Shown in pieces: positions 1 to 10,329 of a DNA stretch of 64,000 bases. The DNA comes from an uncultured Rhodospirillales bacterium (lineage in GTDB: Bacteria; Pseudomonadota; Alphaproteobacteria; BOG-932; Roseiterribacteraceae), in contig CAZVYC010000001.1 in the NCBI GenBank assembly GCA_964631425.1, positions 14,376-78,375 on the forward strand. The letters are read 5' to 3'. The notes under the pieces were generated by a model that was not told the origin of the DNA, did no database searches, and saw nothing but the letters and a program-made list of their open reading frames with translations. Positions within the stretch are counted from its first letter, which is position 1, and the number at the start of each line of letters is the position of its first letter. The position numbers were made by a program, and so were the translations under genes.

Positions 1-717
1 CACGGCACAAGCTCACTCGAGGAAACCGCCTACTTCCTGAACCTGACGCTGACCGTCCGGGTGCCGGTCGTGTTGGTGGGGGCGCAGCGGCCGGCGAGCG
101 CGCTATCGGGCGACGCCGGGCTCAATCTGGTCAACGCCGTGCGGGTCGCGGCCTCGCCCGAGGCGCGGGGGCAGGGCGTGCTGGTCGTGCTCAACGACGA
201 GATCCACGCGGCGCGCGACGTGTCCAAATCCGCGACGATGCGGCTCCAGGCCTTCCGCACACCGGATTTCGGCGTGCTTGGCCATGCCGACGGCGACCGC
301 ATCGTCTTTTACCGTAAGCCACTCCGGCGCACGGCGCCCGACACCGAGTTCGATATCCGCACTCTCGCCGCGTTGCCGCGCGTCGACATCCATTATGCCT
401 ATGCCGGTTCCGACGGAACAGCCGTGCGCGCGTTCCAGGCGGCCGGCGCCCAGGGCATCGTCTCGGCGGGCTTCGCGCCCGGCTTTGCAGGCGAGGCCGA
501 CGCCGAGGCGCTGCGCGATGCTGCCCGCGCCGGGATCATAATCGTGCAATCGACCCGCGCCGGCAGCGGACGCGCCTATCCCGAGCGCTGGGCCCGCGAC
601 TGGGGCTTTCTCTCAGCCGACAATCTAACACCGCACAAGGCGCGACTCTTGCTGGCGCTGGCGCTCACGCGGACGCACGAACCGGGCGAGATTGCCCGAA
701 TGTTCGCGACGTATTGA
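1..717 (+). CDS. Asparaginase/glutaminase family protein (5' truncated by window edge)
   Basis: Frame 1 opens with HGTSSLEETAYFL, then PVVLVGAQRP...DAGLNL, ND.IH.AR.V.K and C-terminal ADNLTPHKARLLL, typical of L-asparaginases. Confidence 0.9.
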   Translation, partial: HGTSSLEETAYFLNLTLTVRVPVVLVGAQRPASALSGDAGLNLVNAVRVAASPEARGQGVLVVLNDEIHAARDVSKSATMRLQAFRTPDFGVLGHADGDRIVFYRKPLRRTAPDTEFDIRTLAALPRVDIHYAYAGSDGTAVRAFQAAGAQGIVSAGFAPGFAGEADAEALRDAARAGIIIVQSTRAGSGRAYPERWARDWGFLSADNLTPHKARLLLALALTRTHEPGEIARMFATY

Positions 718-1700
718 CGGCGGGCAAGTCGCGTGCCCTGATCACGCCGATACGCCGGATGATGGGAAGGGCTTCGGTGGATCTCGATATCGCTCGGCTC
801 TCGCCGCATGTGGGCGCCGTAATCCGGCTCGATCCCGCCGGGCTCGAACAGCCTTCGGTGCGCCAGGCGCTGCAAGATGCCTTCGTCCGGTACGGCGTTC
901 TGCTGTTTCCGGGATTTGGCGTCTCGCCGGAGCTGCACGTGAGGCTCAGTCGCTGCTTCGGCGAGCTGCAGGTCCACCCGGTCAACACCAACCAGGTGGC
1001 CGGTTTCCCCGAGATCGTCGACATGTCCTATACACCGCCGGCCAAGCCTGGGACCCTGTCCTACCATGCGGTCTATGAGATTGACGGAAGGGCGCTGGCC
1101 GGCTGGCTGCCCTGGCATTTCGACCTGTCCTATATGCCGGCGATCAATCGCGGCAGCATGCTGCGCGCGCTGGAAGTGCCGCCCGAGGGCGGCCGGACGG
1201 GGTTTCTCGATCGGATCCGCCTTTACGAGCTGCTTCCCGACGACCTGAAGCGGGCGATCGAGGGGCGTGCGGTGATCTATCGCTTCCAGCCCGACATGAC
1301 GAAGCGTCGGTTCTGCCGCCCGGCCAACATGAAGCTGCTGGCGCCATCGATGAAAAGCTTCGACGACGAAACGCTCGACCGTGATTTCCCGCCGGTCGTC
1401 CACCCGCTGGTCTACACCCAGCGCGAGACCGGCCGGAAAGTGCTCAACCTCGCGCCGATGTTCGCGGTCGCCATGGCGGACATCGACCGGACGCGAGGCG
1501 ACGCGCTGCTCGAACGGCTGATCGCGCATTGCAGCACGGCCGACTATGCCTATCTCCACCGTTGGACGGAGAACGACCTCCTGATCTGGGACAACTGGCG
1601 CACGCTCCACAGCGCCGAAGGCGTCCCGCCGCAATACGCCAGGCGGATGCAGCGCACCAGCCTCAAGGGCGACTACGGTCTCGGGCGTTTAGCAGGATAG
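714..1700 (+). CDS. TauD/TfdA family Fe(II)/2-oxoglutarate dioxygenase
   Basis: WHFD (HxD) motif, VHPLV..., DLLIWDNWRTLH...R; start could instead be ATG 759. Confidence 0.9.
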   Translation: MTAGKSRALITPIRRMMGRASVDLDIARLSPHVGAVIRLDPAGLEQPSVRQALQDAFVRYGVLLFPGFGVSPELHVRLSRCFGELQVHPVNTNQVAGFPEIVDMSYTPPAKPGTLSYHAVYEIDGRALAGWLPWHFDLSYMPAINRGSMLRALEVPPEGGRTGFLDRIRLYELLPDDLKRAIEGRAVIYRFQPDMTKRRFCRPANMKLLAPSMKSFDDETLDRDFPPVVHPLVYTQRETGRKVLNLAPMFAVAMADIDRTRGDALLERLIAHCSTADYAYLHRWTENDLLIWDNWRTLHSAEGVPPQYARRMQRTSLKGDYGLGRLAG

Positions 1701-1702
1701 GG

Positions 1703-3982
1703 CTACGCCATCGCTGCCTTCACCTTGGCCGGCGTAATCGGCAGCGAGCGAACCCGCGCCCCGCAGGCTGCCGCGATGGCGTTGGCGATCGCCGGCGCGA
1801 CCACCGTGGTCGGGGGTTCGCCGATGCCCGACGGGTATATGCCTTCTCCGACGAAGCTGATGTCGAGCTGCGGCACCTGGCTCATCCGCAGCGGCGTATA
1901 CGCGTCGTAATTGCCGGCGGTGATCGCACCGTTCTTGATCGTGGCCGACTCGTGCAGGGCAAGGCTGAGGCCCCACAAGGTGGCGGATTCCATCTGCGCC
2001 CGCACCCCATCCGGATTCACCGGGGTCCCAACATCGGAAACCACTGTCAGCTTCTTGACGTCGAACTTGCCGGTTGCCTTATCGACGGTCACGTCGGCGA
2101 TGCCAGCGGTGAAGGTCGGCATGCCGCGCTCCTGCCCCATGCTCAGCGCCACGCCCTGGGGCACGCCGGCCTTGCCCCAATTGGCGCGCGCGGCGGCCTC
2201 CTGGAGCACGGCGCGTAACCGGTTGGCGCCGCCCTGGTTGGCAGGCGTCGTCCCGCCGGCCTGCTTGCCCGCCGCGTCCAGGTGCTTAAGCCGGAATTCG
2301 ACCGGGTCGATGTTGGCCGCCTTGGCCAGTTCGTCGAAAAAGCTCTCGACCGCCCAGATGGTGAAGCCTGGCCCGACCGAGCGCAGATAGCCGGGCGGCA
2401 GCGCCGCCTGGGCCAACTCGTGGCGGATCGCGCGGACATGGTGGTTGGGCACGCTGTACCAGAAATCCGCGCCCGCCACGGCGAAGCTGTCAGCCTTGCG
2501 CTTGTCGGCAGCGTCGGCCAGCAGGGAAGGGGCGATCAGACTGGTCGGCCAGCCGGCCACAACGTCATGCTTCAGCGCCACGATCCTGCCATCCGACCCG
2601 ATCGTGGCTTTCAGCGCCTGATAGGTGGGGGAGCGTGGGCAGTCGAGCCGCATGTCGTCGGTGCGGTCGTAAATCACCTTGACCGGCCGCCCAATCGCCT
2701 TCGCCGCCAGGGCGGCGGGAACCACATAGTCGCCGTAGAGCCGGCGGCCGAAGCCGCCGCCGAGATAATATTGATGCAGCACCACCTGGGACGGGTCGAC
2801 GCCCAGCGCCTTGGCCGCCAGCGGGACCGCCGTGGTCTGAAACTGGTTGCCAGCATGCAAATGCCAGATGCCGTTGTCGAAGAGCGCGGTAGCGTTCGCC
2901 GGCTCCATCGGCGCGTGCAGGTTGGGGCTGGTCAGATACTCGGCTGAAACCACGCCCGTTGCCTTGGCCAGCGCACCGTCGGCGTCGCCATCCAGCACCC
3001 AGCTGGCGCCGGCATCCGGATGGGCAGCCTGATTCTTGGCCGCCGCCAGTAGCTGGGCGTCGTCCAATTTGGCGTGCGGACCCGGATTCCACGAGACCTG
3101 CACCGCGTCGGCTGCCTGGCGGGCGGCCCAATAGCTGTCGGCCAGCACGATCACCAAGCCGCTGAAGGTCCCGGATGGATCTTCGAGCGTCACCGTCTTG
3201 ACGTAGCCGGGAATCTTGCCCGCGGCGCCCTCGTCGATCTTCTTCGGGGTCGACCCGTTGCGCGCCGGCGGACGGATCAGTTTGCCGTACAGCATGTTCG
3301 GCGTCTGGAAATCGATGCCATAGCGCGCGCTGCCGTTGGTTTTGGGCGGAATGTCCAGCGCCGGCAGGCTCTTGCCGACGATCTTGTAGTCGGCTGCCGT
3401 CTTCAGCTTGATCTGCTTCATGTCCGCGTCGGACATGCTCCCTGCGATCCCGCCGGCGCGCACCAGCTCGCCATAGGTGATCGACTTGCCGCCGCTGGTC
3501 ACCTTGCCATCCGCCGCGATGCAAGCGTCGGGGGCCACGCCGAACGACTTCGCCGCCGTCTGGACCAGTGCGATGCGTCCGGCCGCGCCGGCGCGCGACA
3601 GCAGGTCGAAGGTCCAATTCACGCTCCACGACCCGCCGGTGACCATCACGCCCCATTTCGGGTCGCTGTCGACGTGCCGGATGCGCACCTGGTTCCAGTC
3701 GGCCTCCAGCTCCTCGGCCACCGCCTGGGCCAGCGGCGTGCCGACATGCTGGCCCATCTCGGCCTTGGTGATGTTTACGGTGACGATGCCGTCGGCGTCG
3801 ATGTCGTACCAGATCGTCGGCGAATAGAGCCCGGCCTCGGGCGCGCCCCAGGCGGGCAGCGCGCCATAGCCGACGGTCAGCACGCCGGCCGACAGGCTGC
3901 CGATCAGGAAGCCGCGGCGGCTAACCGCGATCGGGGAATGCGCGATCGGGCCACGCGCGATTGGGGAAAGACCATCAGGCAT
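1703..3982 (-). CDS. Xanthine dehydrogenase-family molybdopterin-binding subunit (isoquinoline 1-oxidoreductase beta/IorB-like), Tat-exported
   Basis: SRRGFL Tat motif, [29 protein letters not shown] motifs; start ATG 3982 overlaps upstream stop. Confidence 0.92.
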   Translation of the reverse strand: MPDGLSPIARGPIAHSPIAVSRRGFLIGSLSAGVLTVGYGALPAWGAPEAGLYSPTIWYDIDADGIVTVNITKAEMGQHVGTPLAQAVAEELEADWNQVRIRHVDSDPKWGVMVTGGSWSVNWTFDLLSRAGAAGRIALVQTAAKSFGVAPDACIAADGKVTSGGKSITYGELVRAGGIAGSMSDADMKQIKLKTAADYKIVGKSLPALDIPPKTNGSARYGIDFQTPNMLYGKLIRPPARNGSTPKKIDEGAAGKIPGYVKTVTLEDPSGTFSGLVIVLADSYWAARQAADAVQVSWNPGPHAKLDDAQLLAAAKNQAAHPDAGASWVLDGDADGALAKATGVVSAEYLTSPNLHAPMEPANATALFDNGIWHLHAGNQFQTTAVPLAAKALGVDPSQVVLHQYYLGGGFGRRLYGDYVVPAALAAKAIGRPVKVIYDRTDDMRLDCPRSPTYQALKATIGSDGRIVALKHDVVAGWPTSLIAPSLLADAADKRKADSFAVAGADFWYSVPNHHVRAIRHELAQAALPPGYLRSVGPGFTIWAVESFFDELAKAANIDPVEFRLKHLDAAGKQAGGTTPANQGGANRLRAVLQEAAARANWGKAGVPQGVALSMGQERGMPTFTAGIADVTVDKATGKFDVKKLTVVSDVGTPVNPDGVRAQMESATLWGLSLALHESATIKNGAITAGNYDAYTPLRMSQVPQLDISFVGEGIYPSGIGEPPTTVVAPAIANAIAAACGARVRSLPITPAKVKAAMA

Positions 3983-4451
3983 GATTCGACCCTCCCTTCG
4001 CCATATCCGCCGCGGCCGATTTGATCGCCCGGTGGATGCGGCGATACTGCATGCAGCGGCAGAGATTGCCGTCCATGGCGTTGACGATGTCGTCGTCCGA
4101 CGGATTGGGCGTCTGGGCCAAGAGCGAGGCGGCCTGCATGATCTGTCCGGACTGGCAGTACCCGCAGGCCGGCACCTGCTCCTTGATCCAGGCCAGCTGA
4201 AGGGGATGGTGCCCTTCCGGGTCCAGCCCCTCGATTGTCGTGATCTTTGCGCCCTTGATGTCGCCGATCGGGGTGACGCAGGAGCGGGCGGCCACCCCGT
4301 CCAGATGGACCGTGCAGGCGCCGCACAGGGCCGCACCGCAGCCGAATTTGGTGCCGGTCATCCCCAGGTGATCGCGGAGGGTGAACAGGAGCGGCGTGTC
4401 GGGCGGGAGGTCGACCTCGTGGGTCTGGCCGTTGACGTTGAGCGTGATCAT
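3975..4451 (-). CDS. (2Fe-2S)-binding subunit (IorA-like)
   Basis: [27 protein letters not shown]. Confidence 0.95.
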   Translation of the reverse strand: MITLNVNGQTHEVDLPPDTPLLFTLRDHLGMTGTKFGCGAALCGACTVHLDGVAARSCVTPIGDIKGAKITTIEGLDPEGHHPLQLAWIKEQVPACGYCQSGQIMQAASLLAQTPNPSDDDIVNAMDGNLCRCMQYRRIHRAIKSAAADMAKGGSNHA

Positions 4452-4576
4452 CTTGGCGTCCCCTTCCTCGGCCGCGCCGGCGCGCGATCGGTTCCTCAGA
4501 TCCTCGTCGGCTGCCACCGTCGCAATGATGCCAGCAACACTTTATTAGTGGGGCGGCAACCGCACCACGCCAAGGT

Positions 4577-5014
4577 CTACGGCTGCGCTTTCGGCTCCCA
4601 GCCCGGCGGCGCCATCTCGAATCCGGAAAACTGGAACGCCGGCGAGACGGTGCAGCCCACGAGGGTCCAGGCGCCGGTGCTCTCGGCCGATTGCCAGGCG
4701 CCTGCCGGCACGACCGCCTGCGGCCGTTCGCCCGCCGCGACGTCCGGGCCCAACGCGATCGTCCGGATTCCCGCATCGCCGGCCAGCCTCAGCGCAAGTG
4801 GCGCACCCGCGTAGAAATGCCAGATCTCGGTGGCGTCCACGCGATGCCAGGTCGAAACTTCGCCGGCACGCAGCAGGTAATAGATCGCCGTGCCCGCTCC
4901 GCGACTGCCATCATGTGGCTCGTCACGCCAGGTCTCGGCATAATGCCCGCCCTCCGGATGCGGCTTGAGATCCAGCGCCGCGATGATTTCGCCGGGGTCC
5001 GCGCTCCTGGTCAT
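4577..5014 (-). CDS. Cupin domain protein (DUF985/Cupin_5)
   Basis: L.PHPEGG.Y.ET, TAIYYLL, WHRVDA.EIWHFY.G, LVGCTVSPAF.F.GFE. Confidence 0.9.
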   Translation of the reverse strand: MTRSADPGEIIAALDLKPHPEGGHYAETWRDEPHDGSRGAGTAIYYLLRAGEVSTWHRVDATEIWHFYAGAPLALRLAGDAGIRTIALGPDVAAGERPQAVVPAGAWQSAESTGAWTLVGCTVSPAFQFSGFEMAPPGWEPKAQP

Positions 5015-5229
5015 CGCAGGGCAGCTCATCCTTTCCTGTGTCCAGCTGATCAGGGCTACTCTGGGGTCTCAGGGCGGCGCTGGCAACCAATTCCACGTAA
5101 ATCCGGTGCCTCGGAACTGGTATTGGAAAGCGTTCCGCAGTATCGTCCTGCTCCACAGAGCTGCCACAATCGCCGGACATGATGCCGCCGAATCCAGCCT
5201 GACTCCGCTTTCCTCGATCTGTGTGCCGC

Positions 5230-5979
5230 ATGCTTGGAAAAGTCGCGTCCAAATGCCTGGGACTCTTTCTGTGCGCTGCCTGTGCGAGCGGATGCGGCCC
5301 CGACTATTCCCCCGACATCTACGCCAGCGCGGCGGCCCAGAAAGCCAATAAGGTCGATCAGGGGGTGATCGTCGGCGTCCGCGCCGTGCAGATCAGCGCC
5401 GACCCGACGATAGTCGCGACGACCGGCGCGGCGGCGGGAGGCATCGGCGGGGCGCAGGTTGGCGCCGGTGGGGCCGTCAGCGCGCTGGGCGCGCTCGGCG
5501 GCAGTGTGGCTGGTGGCCTCGTCGGCAATGCCGTTGCCCATGCCGGCGGCGACACGATGGGTTTCGAATATATCGTCCGCAAGCCCAATGGCGATCTACT
5601 GTCGGTGACGCAACAGGATGTTCAGCCGCTTGGCATTGGTGCGCACGTGCTGATCATCGAAGGAGCGCAGGCGCGGGTGGTAGCAGACTACACTGTTCCA
5701 ATCGTGGTCGAAGGATTGCATCCGGGCGACAAGCCCAATGAACCGCCGACTGCCGGTACCCGGTCCGCCGAGGCTGGTCCGGCGAAATCTGCGGCCGAAA
5801 CGTCCGCGGCCCAGGCGACCACTGCGAACGATGAGAAGAAACCGGCTTCCAATGCGGCGCCGCCTTCGACGTCCACGCCGGCTGCAATGGCACCCGAAAC
5901 CGCTGCGGGCGCAGTGCAGCCCACCGCTGGTTCTGCGGTCGCCAAACCTGCCGACGGCACGGCCGCCGCCGGCAGCTGA
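5230..5979 (+). CDS. SlyB-like glycine-zipper outer-membrane lipoprotein with Ala/Pro-rich tail
   Basis: Lipobox-like ASGC, Y.....AQ.A.KV..GVI..VR.V, glycine zipper GAAAGGIGG...GGLVGN, low-complexity C-terminus. Confidence 0.75.
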   Translation: MLGKVASKCLGLFLCAACASGCGPDYSPDIYASAAAQKANKVDQGVIVGVRAVQISADPTIVATTGAAAGGIGGAQVGAGGAVSALGALGGSVAGGLVGNAVAHAGGDTMGFEYIVRKPNGDLLSVTQQDVQPLGIGAHVLIIEGAQARVVADYTVPIVVEGLHPGDKPNEPPTAGTRSAEAGPAKSAAETSAAQATTANDEKKPASNAAPPSTSTPAAMAPETAAGAVQPTAGSAVAKPADGTAAAGS

Positions 5980-6395
5980 TGCGGCAGGCCATACAACAGA
6001 TCAGCGTCACTACGAAGGGTCGTGGCTTCGTCGACGTGACCGATGCGGTTCGCCACTGGGTGGCCGAGCAGCGGATCGCAACCGGCCTGCTGACCATCTT
6101 TTGCCGTCACACCTCCGCGTCGCTGCTGATCCAGGAAAATGCCGATCCCGACGTGCTGCGCGACCTGGAAAGCTTCTTCCACCGGACGGTACCCGAGGGC
6201 GCCCAGTACCGGCACAGCGACGAGGGACCGGACGACATGCCGGGGCATATCCGCGCTGCGCTGACCCAGACGCAGCTGTCGATCCCCGTGGAGAACGGCC
6301 GGCCGCTGCTGGGCACCTGGCAGGCGGTCTATCTCTATGAACACCGCGCCCGGCCCCATGAGCGCGAGCTGGCGCTGCATCTCATCGGCGAATGA
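5979..6395 (+). CDS. yjbQ: Secondary thiamine-phosphate synthase YjbQ family (UPF0047)
   Basis: HTSASLLIQENADPDV, EGPDDMP.HI, LGTWQ..YL.EHR. Confidence 0.92.
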   Translation: MRQAIQQISVTTKGRGFVDVTDAVRHWVAEQRIATGLLTIFCRHTSASLLIQENADPDVLRDLESFFHRTVPEGAQYRHSDEGPDDMPGHIRAALTQTQLSIPVENGRPLLGTWQAVYLYEHRARPHERELALHLIGE

Positions 6396-8885
6396 TCAGA
6401 TCGCGCCTTCGGCCTTGAGCCGCGCCAGTTCCGCGCTGTCCAGCCCGAGCAGGTCGCCGAACACCGCCGCGTTATGTTCGCCGATCGCCGGCGCATGGAA
6501 ACCTGGCCGGCCCTCCGGATCATCGCCGACCGGTCCCGCCGCGGCGATGCGGCCGAGCTCAGCCGTCTCCGTCCAGACCACGTCGCCGCGCGCCTGGAAA
6601 TAGCGCGCGTTGGCGATGCTGAGCCCATCCATGACCGGGGTGAATTCGATGCCGAGTGCGGCCAGCGCGCTTTCGAGTTCGGTATCCGGCATCCGGCGGC
6701 ACCAGCCGGCCAGCGTATCGGCCGCGATTCGGGCATTGAGCCGCTCCTCCACTGCCTCGTCCGGGATTGCCAGGAAATACCAGGTACCCGAATGGCTCTC
6801 GACCGAGCAAAAACGCGGGCGATCGGGCGAAATCGTGCCGAAGCCATAAGGGTCGTTGGTGCCGCCGCGCGCCGGCGGCGCGCCCTTCTCGGCATGCAAG
6901 GCGAACTGGCAATCCAGCATGCGCATCAGAGGCTCATAGAGCGCGAGATCGATCCGGCTGCCGCCCGCACCAAGCACATCACGCAGGAACAGCGCCACGG
7001 CGACGCCATGCACGCCGAACAGCCCGGCCGATGCGTCGGCCAGCGAAAACCCGACGAACAGCGGCGCGGCTTCGGCCTCGCCGGTCAGGTTGACGACTCC
7101 GGACAGCCCTTCCGCGATCTTGCCGAAGCCAGGGCGGCCCGACTGCGGGCCGGTCTGCCCGAAGCCCGAGATGCTGAGCATGACCAGGCCTGGATTGACG
7201 CGCCGCAAATCCTCCCAGCCGAGCCCCAGCCGCTCCAGCACGCCCGGGCGGAAATTCTCCACCAGCACATCGGCCTTGGCGATCAGGCGCAGAAAAAGGT
7301 CCTTGCCCGCCGGGTGCTTGAGGTTCAACGAAACGCAGCGTTTCTCGCGCGTGGCAGCGCCGTACCACAGCGGCACGCCCTCCTTCGTCCGTCCCATCTG
7401 GCGCAGCGAGTCGCCGGCGCCCGGCGTCTCCACCTTGATCACCTCGCCGCCCAGCTCGGCCAGCAGGCTTCCGGCGAACGGGCCGGCAATCACTGCGCCC
7501 AGTTCGATTACGAGGATATCGCGACGCCGATCACGGCCCCCTCGCCCCAGCGGGGAGAGGGAGGGGCCCAGCCCGTAGGGCTGGGAGGGTGAGGGGGTGG
7601 CGCCACTTGGATGGCGTCCGGGAAGCTCCGCGAAGGCGGAACCAGCCCCCTCACCCTCCCATTGCTTCGCAATGGGCCCCTCCCTCTCCCCGTTGGGGCG
7701 ACGGGATTGTCCTGCGGCCGAAACGTGTGCATCTGCCCTGCCGGTATTGCTAATCAGTCCAGCCAGCACCGCTTCCGTATCCGCCCCGATTTCGGGCCCC
7801 AGGCGGCGAATGCCGTCGTCGATATCCGAAATGCGTGGAATGACCGCCGGCATCCTGACTGAACTGCCATCGTTGGTCGAAACCTCGACGATGCTCTGCC
7901 GCGCAGCGACCTGCTCGTCAGCCAGGATGTCGTCGGTATCGAAGATCGGGCCCAGCACCACGTCCTGTTCCGCCGCCTCAGCCAGGATTTCCGCGGTCGT
8001 GTGCGCGCTCGTCCAGGCATCGATCATCGCATAGAGATCGTCGAGCCCCCGCGACCGCGCCGCCTGGGTGGCGAAGCGCGGGTCGGCGCACAGCTCAGGG
8101 CCGCCCACCATGTTCATGAGCCTCAGCGCCGTCGCCTGGGTAACGGCGGAGATGGCGACATACTTGCCCTCGCGCGTCGGGTGCATGTTTGCGATCCCCG
8201 CGTTCATCGGGAAGTTGTTTCCCATGCGGGTTTCCGCCCGGCCCATGGCGGTTGCAACCGGCGCCTGCCATTCGATCATCCGCTGCAGCGCCTTGTGAAG
8301 CGGGACGGAAATCCTGTCGGCCTTGCCACCCTCCAGCTGCGCCCGGCGCAGCGCCATCAGCGCGCGCGCCGCCGCGAGCGTGCCGGACAGATACTCCGCG
8401 ATCGGCGCTTCGGCCTGGATCGGCGGCTTGCCGGTATGGCCGGTCAGCGCCATGACACCGCTCGCCGCTGCGGCGAATTCGGCACGCCGGCTCCACGGCC
8501 ACAAGTCGGGCCGGTCCGCCCCGGTCGGAAAGACCTCGACCACGAGCGGCCGGTCGGCTTCGGGCACGGTGTCCAGCACCGCGAACCAGGGATGGCCGGC
8601 CTTCTCGGCCAGGACCCGGTCGGTCACCAGCAGGTCGGCGCGGCACAGTAGCGCGCGGATGATCGCCGGCTCGTCGATGACGACGGATTCCTTGTTGCGC
8701 GCCAGGATGTGCCAACGCATCCGGTCGAGCGTGCCAAAGCCGAGCGACCTCAGCTCTGATCCGGTTGGCGGCTCGCAGATGATCGCACGGGCGCCAAAAT
8801 CGGCCAGCATCGAGACCGCGAACGCCGCGCCTGGCGTGTCGGCGATCTCCAGCACGGTCAGGTTCGCCAGGCCCTTCCGGCTCAC
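6396..8885 (-). CDS. Family III (CaiB/BaiF) CoA-transferase, two tandem domains in one ORF
   Basis: Two N-terminal signatures (LTVLEI...LADFGA...RNKESV; VIELG.VIAGPF...LAELG.EVIKVE...ENFRPG); GTG start coupled to upstream stop. Confidence 0.85.
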   Translation of the reverse strand: MSRKGLANLTVLEIADTPGAAFAVSMLADFGARAIICEPPTGSELRSLGFGTLDRMRWHILARNKESVVIDEPAIIRALLCRADLLVTDRVLAEKAGHPWFAVLDTVPEADRPLVVEVFPTGADRPDLWPWSRRAEFAAAASGVMALTGHTGKPPIQAEAPIAEYLSGTLAAARALMALRRAQLEGGKADRISVPLHKALQRMIEWQAPVATAMGRAETRMGNNFPMNAGIANMHPTREGKYVAISAVTQATALRLMNMVGGPELCADPRFATQAARSRGLDDLYAMIDAWTSAHTTAEILAEAAEQDVVLGPIFDTDDILADEQVAARQSIVEVSTNDGSSVRMPAVIPRISDIDDGIRRLGPEIGADTEAVLAGLISNTGRADAHVSAAGQSRRPNGEREGPIAKQWEGEGAGSAFAELPGRHPSGATPSPSQPYGLGPSLSPLGRGGRDRRRDILVIELGAVIAGPFAGSLLAELGGEVIKVETPGAGDSLRQMGRTKEGVPLWYGAATREKRCVSLNLKHPAGKDLFLRLIAKADVLVENFRPGVLERLGLGWEDLRRVNPGLVMLSISGFGQTGPQSGRPGFGKIAEGLSGVVNLTGEAEAAPLFVGFSLADASAGLFGVHGVAVALFLRDVLGAGGSRIDLALYEPLMRMLDCQFALHAEKGAPPARGGTNDPYGFGTISPDRPRFCSVESHSGTWYFLAIPDEAVEERLNARIAADTLAGWCRRMPDTELESALAALGIEFTPVMDGLSIANARYFQARGDVVWTETAELGRIAAAGPVGDDPEGRPGFHAPAIGEHNAAVFGDLLGLDSAELARLKAEGAI
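7537..7705. repeat. Palindromic repeat element (two ~60-bp inverted arms, each with internal hairpins) inside the CoA-transferase ORF
   Basis: Left arm cccctcgccccagcggggagagggaggggccca...tgggagggtgaggggg is the near reverse complement of right arm ccccctcaccctccca...tgggcccctccctctccccgttggggcgacggg. Confidence 0.9.
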
Positions 8886-9343
8886 TGCGGCGAACCCTTG
8901 GCTGGTTGCGGTCGAGGCGGGGGAATGAGCTCGGCCTCGCGCTGCAGCTGCCGTACGAAGAGGAGGCGCAGGCGCGCGGAAAGCTCGGCCCGGCGGTCCG
9001 CCGCCGCGGGCAGATCTTCCTGCATTTCCGCCAGCAGGACCTGGAGCGCCGCGTTGCGCCGGTCTGATTCGGGCGGCAGCGTGTCGAGCGCGTTGTTCAG
9101 CGCGTCGCCGACATGCGGGTCGAACAAGCCGGCGCATTGGCGCAAGGTGAACTCGATGTCGGCATTGTCCACCTCTGTCGCCTCTGCTGCGCGTGGGAGG
9201 GCAAAGGCAATCCGGCGCAGCACCGCGATCGCTGCCTGGACCTGGCGCCGGGCCTGGCTGCCGCGCGCGAGCTCGGGCACCACCGTCTCCTCCAGGCTGT
9301 CGGCGATGCCGGCGAGCAAGCTTTCGTTCGAAGGCTCGTTCAT
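8882..9343 (-). CDS. Hypothetical helical protein (phosphotransferase-associated)
   Basis: Start and stop overlap both neighbours (ATGA/GTGA coupling); N-terminal LL..IA..LE..V.PEL pattern. Confidence 0.7.
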   Translation of the reverse strand: MNEPSNESLLAGIADSLEETVVPELARGSQARRQVQAAIAVLRRIAFALPRAAEATEVDNADIEFTLRQCAGLFDPHVGDALNNALDTLPPESDRRNAALQVLLAEMQEDLPAAADRRAELSARLRLLFVRQLQREAELIPPPRPQPAKGSPQ

Positions 9344-10329
9344 GCGGCCGGCAGCCATTCGAGGAATTGCTGGACGCAGGGCGGCACCATGGTCATCCGG
9401 TCGGCCAGTCGCAGGTTGCGGGTTCGCCCGTCGGCGAACGAGCGTGCCGCGGTGATCGAGATCACCGCGTGCTTGATCTCACCGAACAGCCGGTAGAACA
9501 GCAGGTTCTCGGGGCGCAGCCTGATGCCGCTGCGCGCTTCGTACCGGGCGACGAAGGCGTCGAGCGACAGGTGCATCTCCGGTGTCCACAGCGTGCGATA
9601 GGCCCAGGCGACGTCCTCCGCCGGGTCGCCCAGATGCGCCATTTCCCAGTCGAGCAGCGCCGTGATGCGCGTGCCTTCATAGAGAAAATTGCCGAGCCGG
9701 AAATCGCCATGAACCAGCGTGACCCGGTCGGCGACCGGCTGATGATCCTTGAGCCAGCGAAAGGCATAGACAATCGCCGGGTGCGGCTCCATCCGATGCT
9801 TGAGGAACAGGGATTCCCAATACGCGATCTGCTCGGCCGCGGCGCTCTGCGGTGTCGTTTCGCCCAGGAAAGCCAGCGCGGTCGTGCCGTGGTGTACCGT
9901 GTGCAGCGCCGCCGCAGCGTCGGCGAAGGCCAGCGCCACGGCCCGGTTCCGCTCTCCAGGCTCGGGCGCGCGGAGCGCCAGGATGTCGGTGGTGCCGGCG
10001 ACGCGCTCCAGAATGATCGCCGGCGCGCCCAGCTGGGAGCCGTCCGGATCGATCCAACAGGCGGCGGGGGCGGGGACCCCGGTGCCCTTTAAGGCCGAGA
10101 TCACCTGGAACTCGGTCGCGAGATCGCTTTCGAGCTGCCCGGCTTCCGCTTGCATCAGGATGATGCAGCTGAGATCCGCCTCGTCTTGGCGATCGGCCGC
10201 AAGGTCGAAGCTCCAGGCGCGCCGCGCGTTGCCGCCTGACACCGGCGCCAGGTTGCGAATTTCGATCGCTGGGCGGTCAGGAAGCCTTCGACCAAGGAAG
10301 GCGGTCAGACGGTCGGCAAGATCAGTCAA
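9340..10329 (-). CDS. APH/ACAD10-like phosphotransferase family protein
   Basis: GGNAR, LVHGDFRLGNFL, LLDWEMAHLGDP.ED. Confidence 0.9.
   Translation of the reverse strand: MTDLADRLTAFLGRRLPDRPAIEIRNLAPVSGGNARRAWSFDLAADRQDEADLSCIILMQAEAGQLESDLATEFQVISALKGTGVPAPAACWIDPDGSQLGAPAIILERVAGTTDILALRAPEPGERNRAVALAFADAAAALHTVHHGTTALAFLGETTPQSAAAEQIAYWESLFLKHRMEPHPAIVYAFRWLKDHQPVADRVTLVHGDFRLGNFLYEGTRITALLDWEMAHLGDPAEDVAWAYRTLWTPEMHLSLDAFVARYEARSGIRLRPENLLFYRLFGEIKHAVISITAARSFADGRTRNLRLADRMTMVPPCVQQFLEWLPAA

Noticed and set aside
3983-4336. N-terminal extension of the 877-aa molybdoenzyme ORF
   Set aside because: Overlaps the 2Fe-2S gene in another frame; the real start is ATG 3982 before the Tat motif
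8886-9137. N-terminal extension of the 913-aa CoA-transferase ORF
   Set aside because: Overlaps the upstream gene in another frame; coupled GTG at 8885 is more plausible
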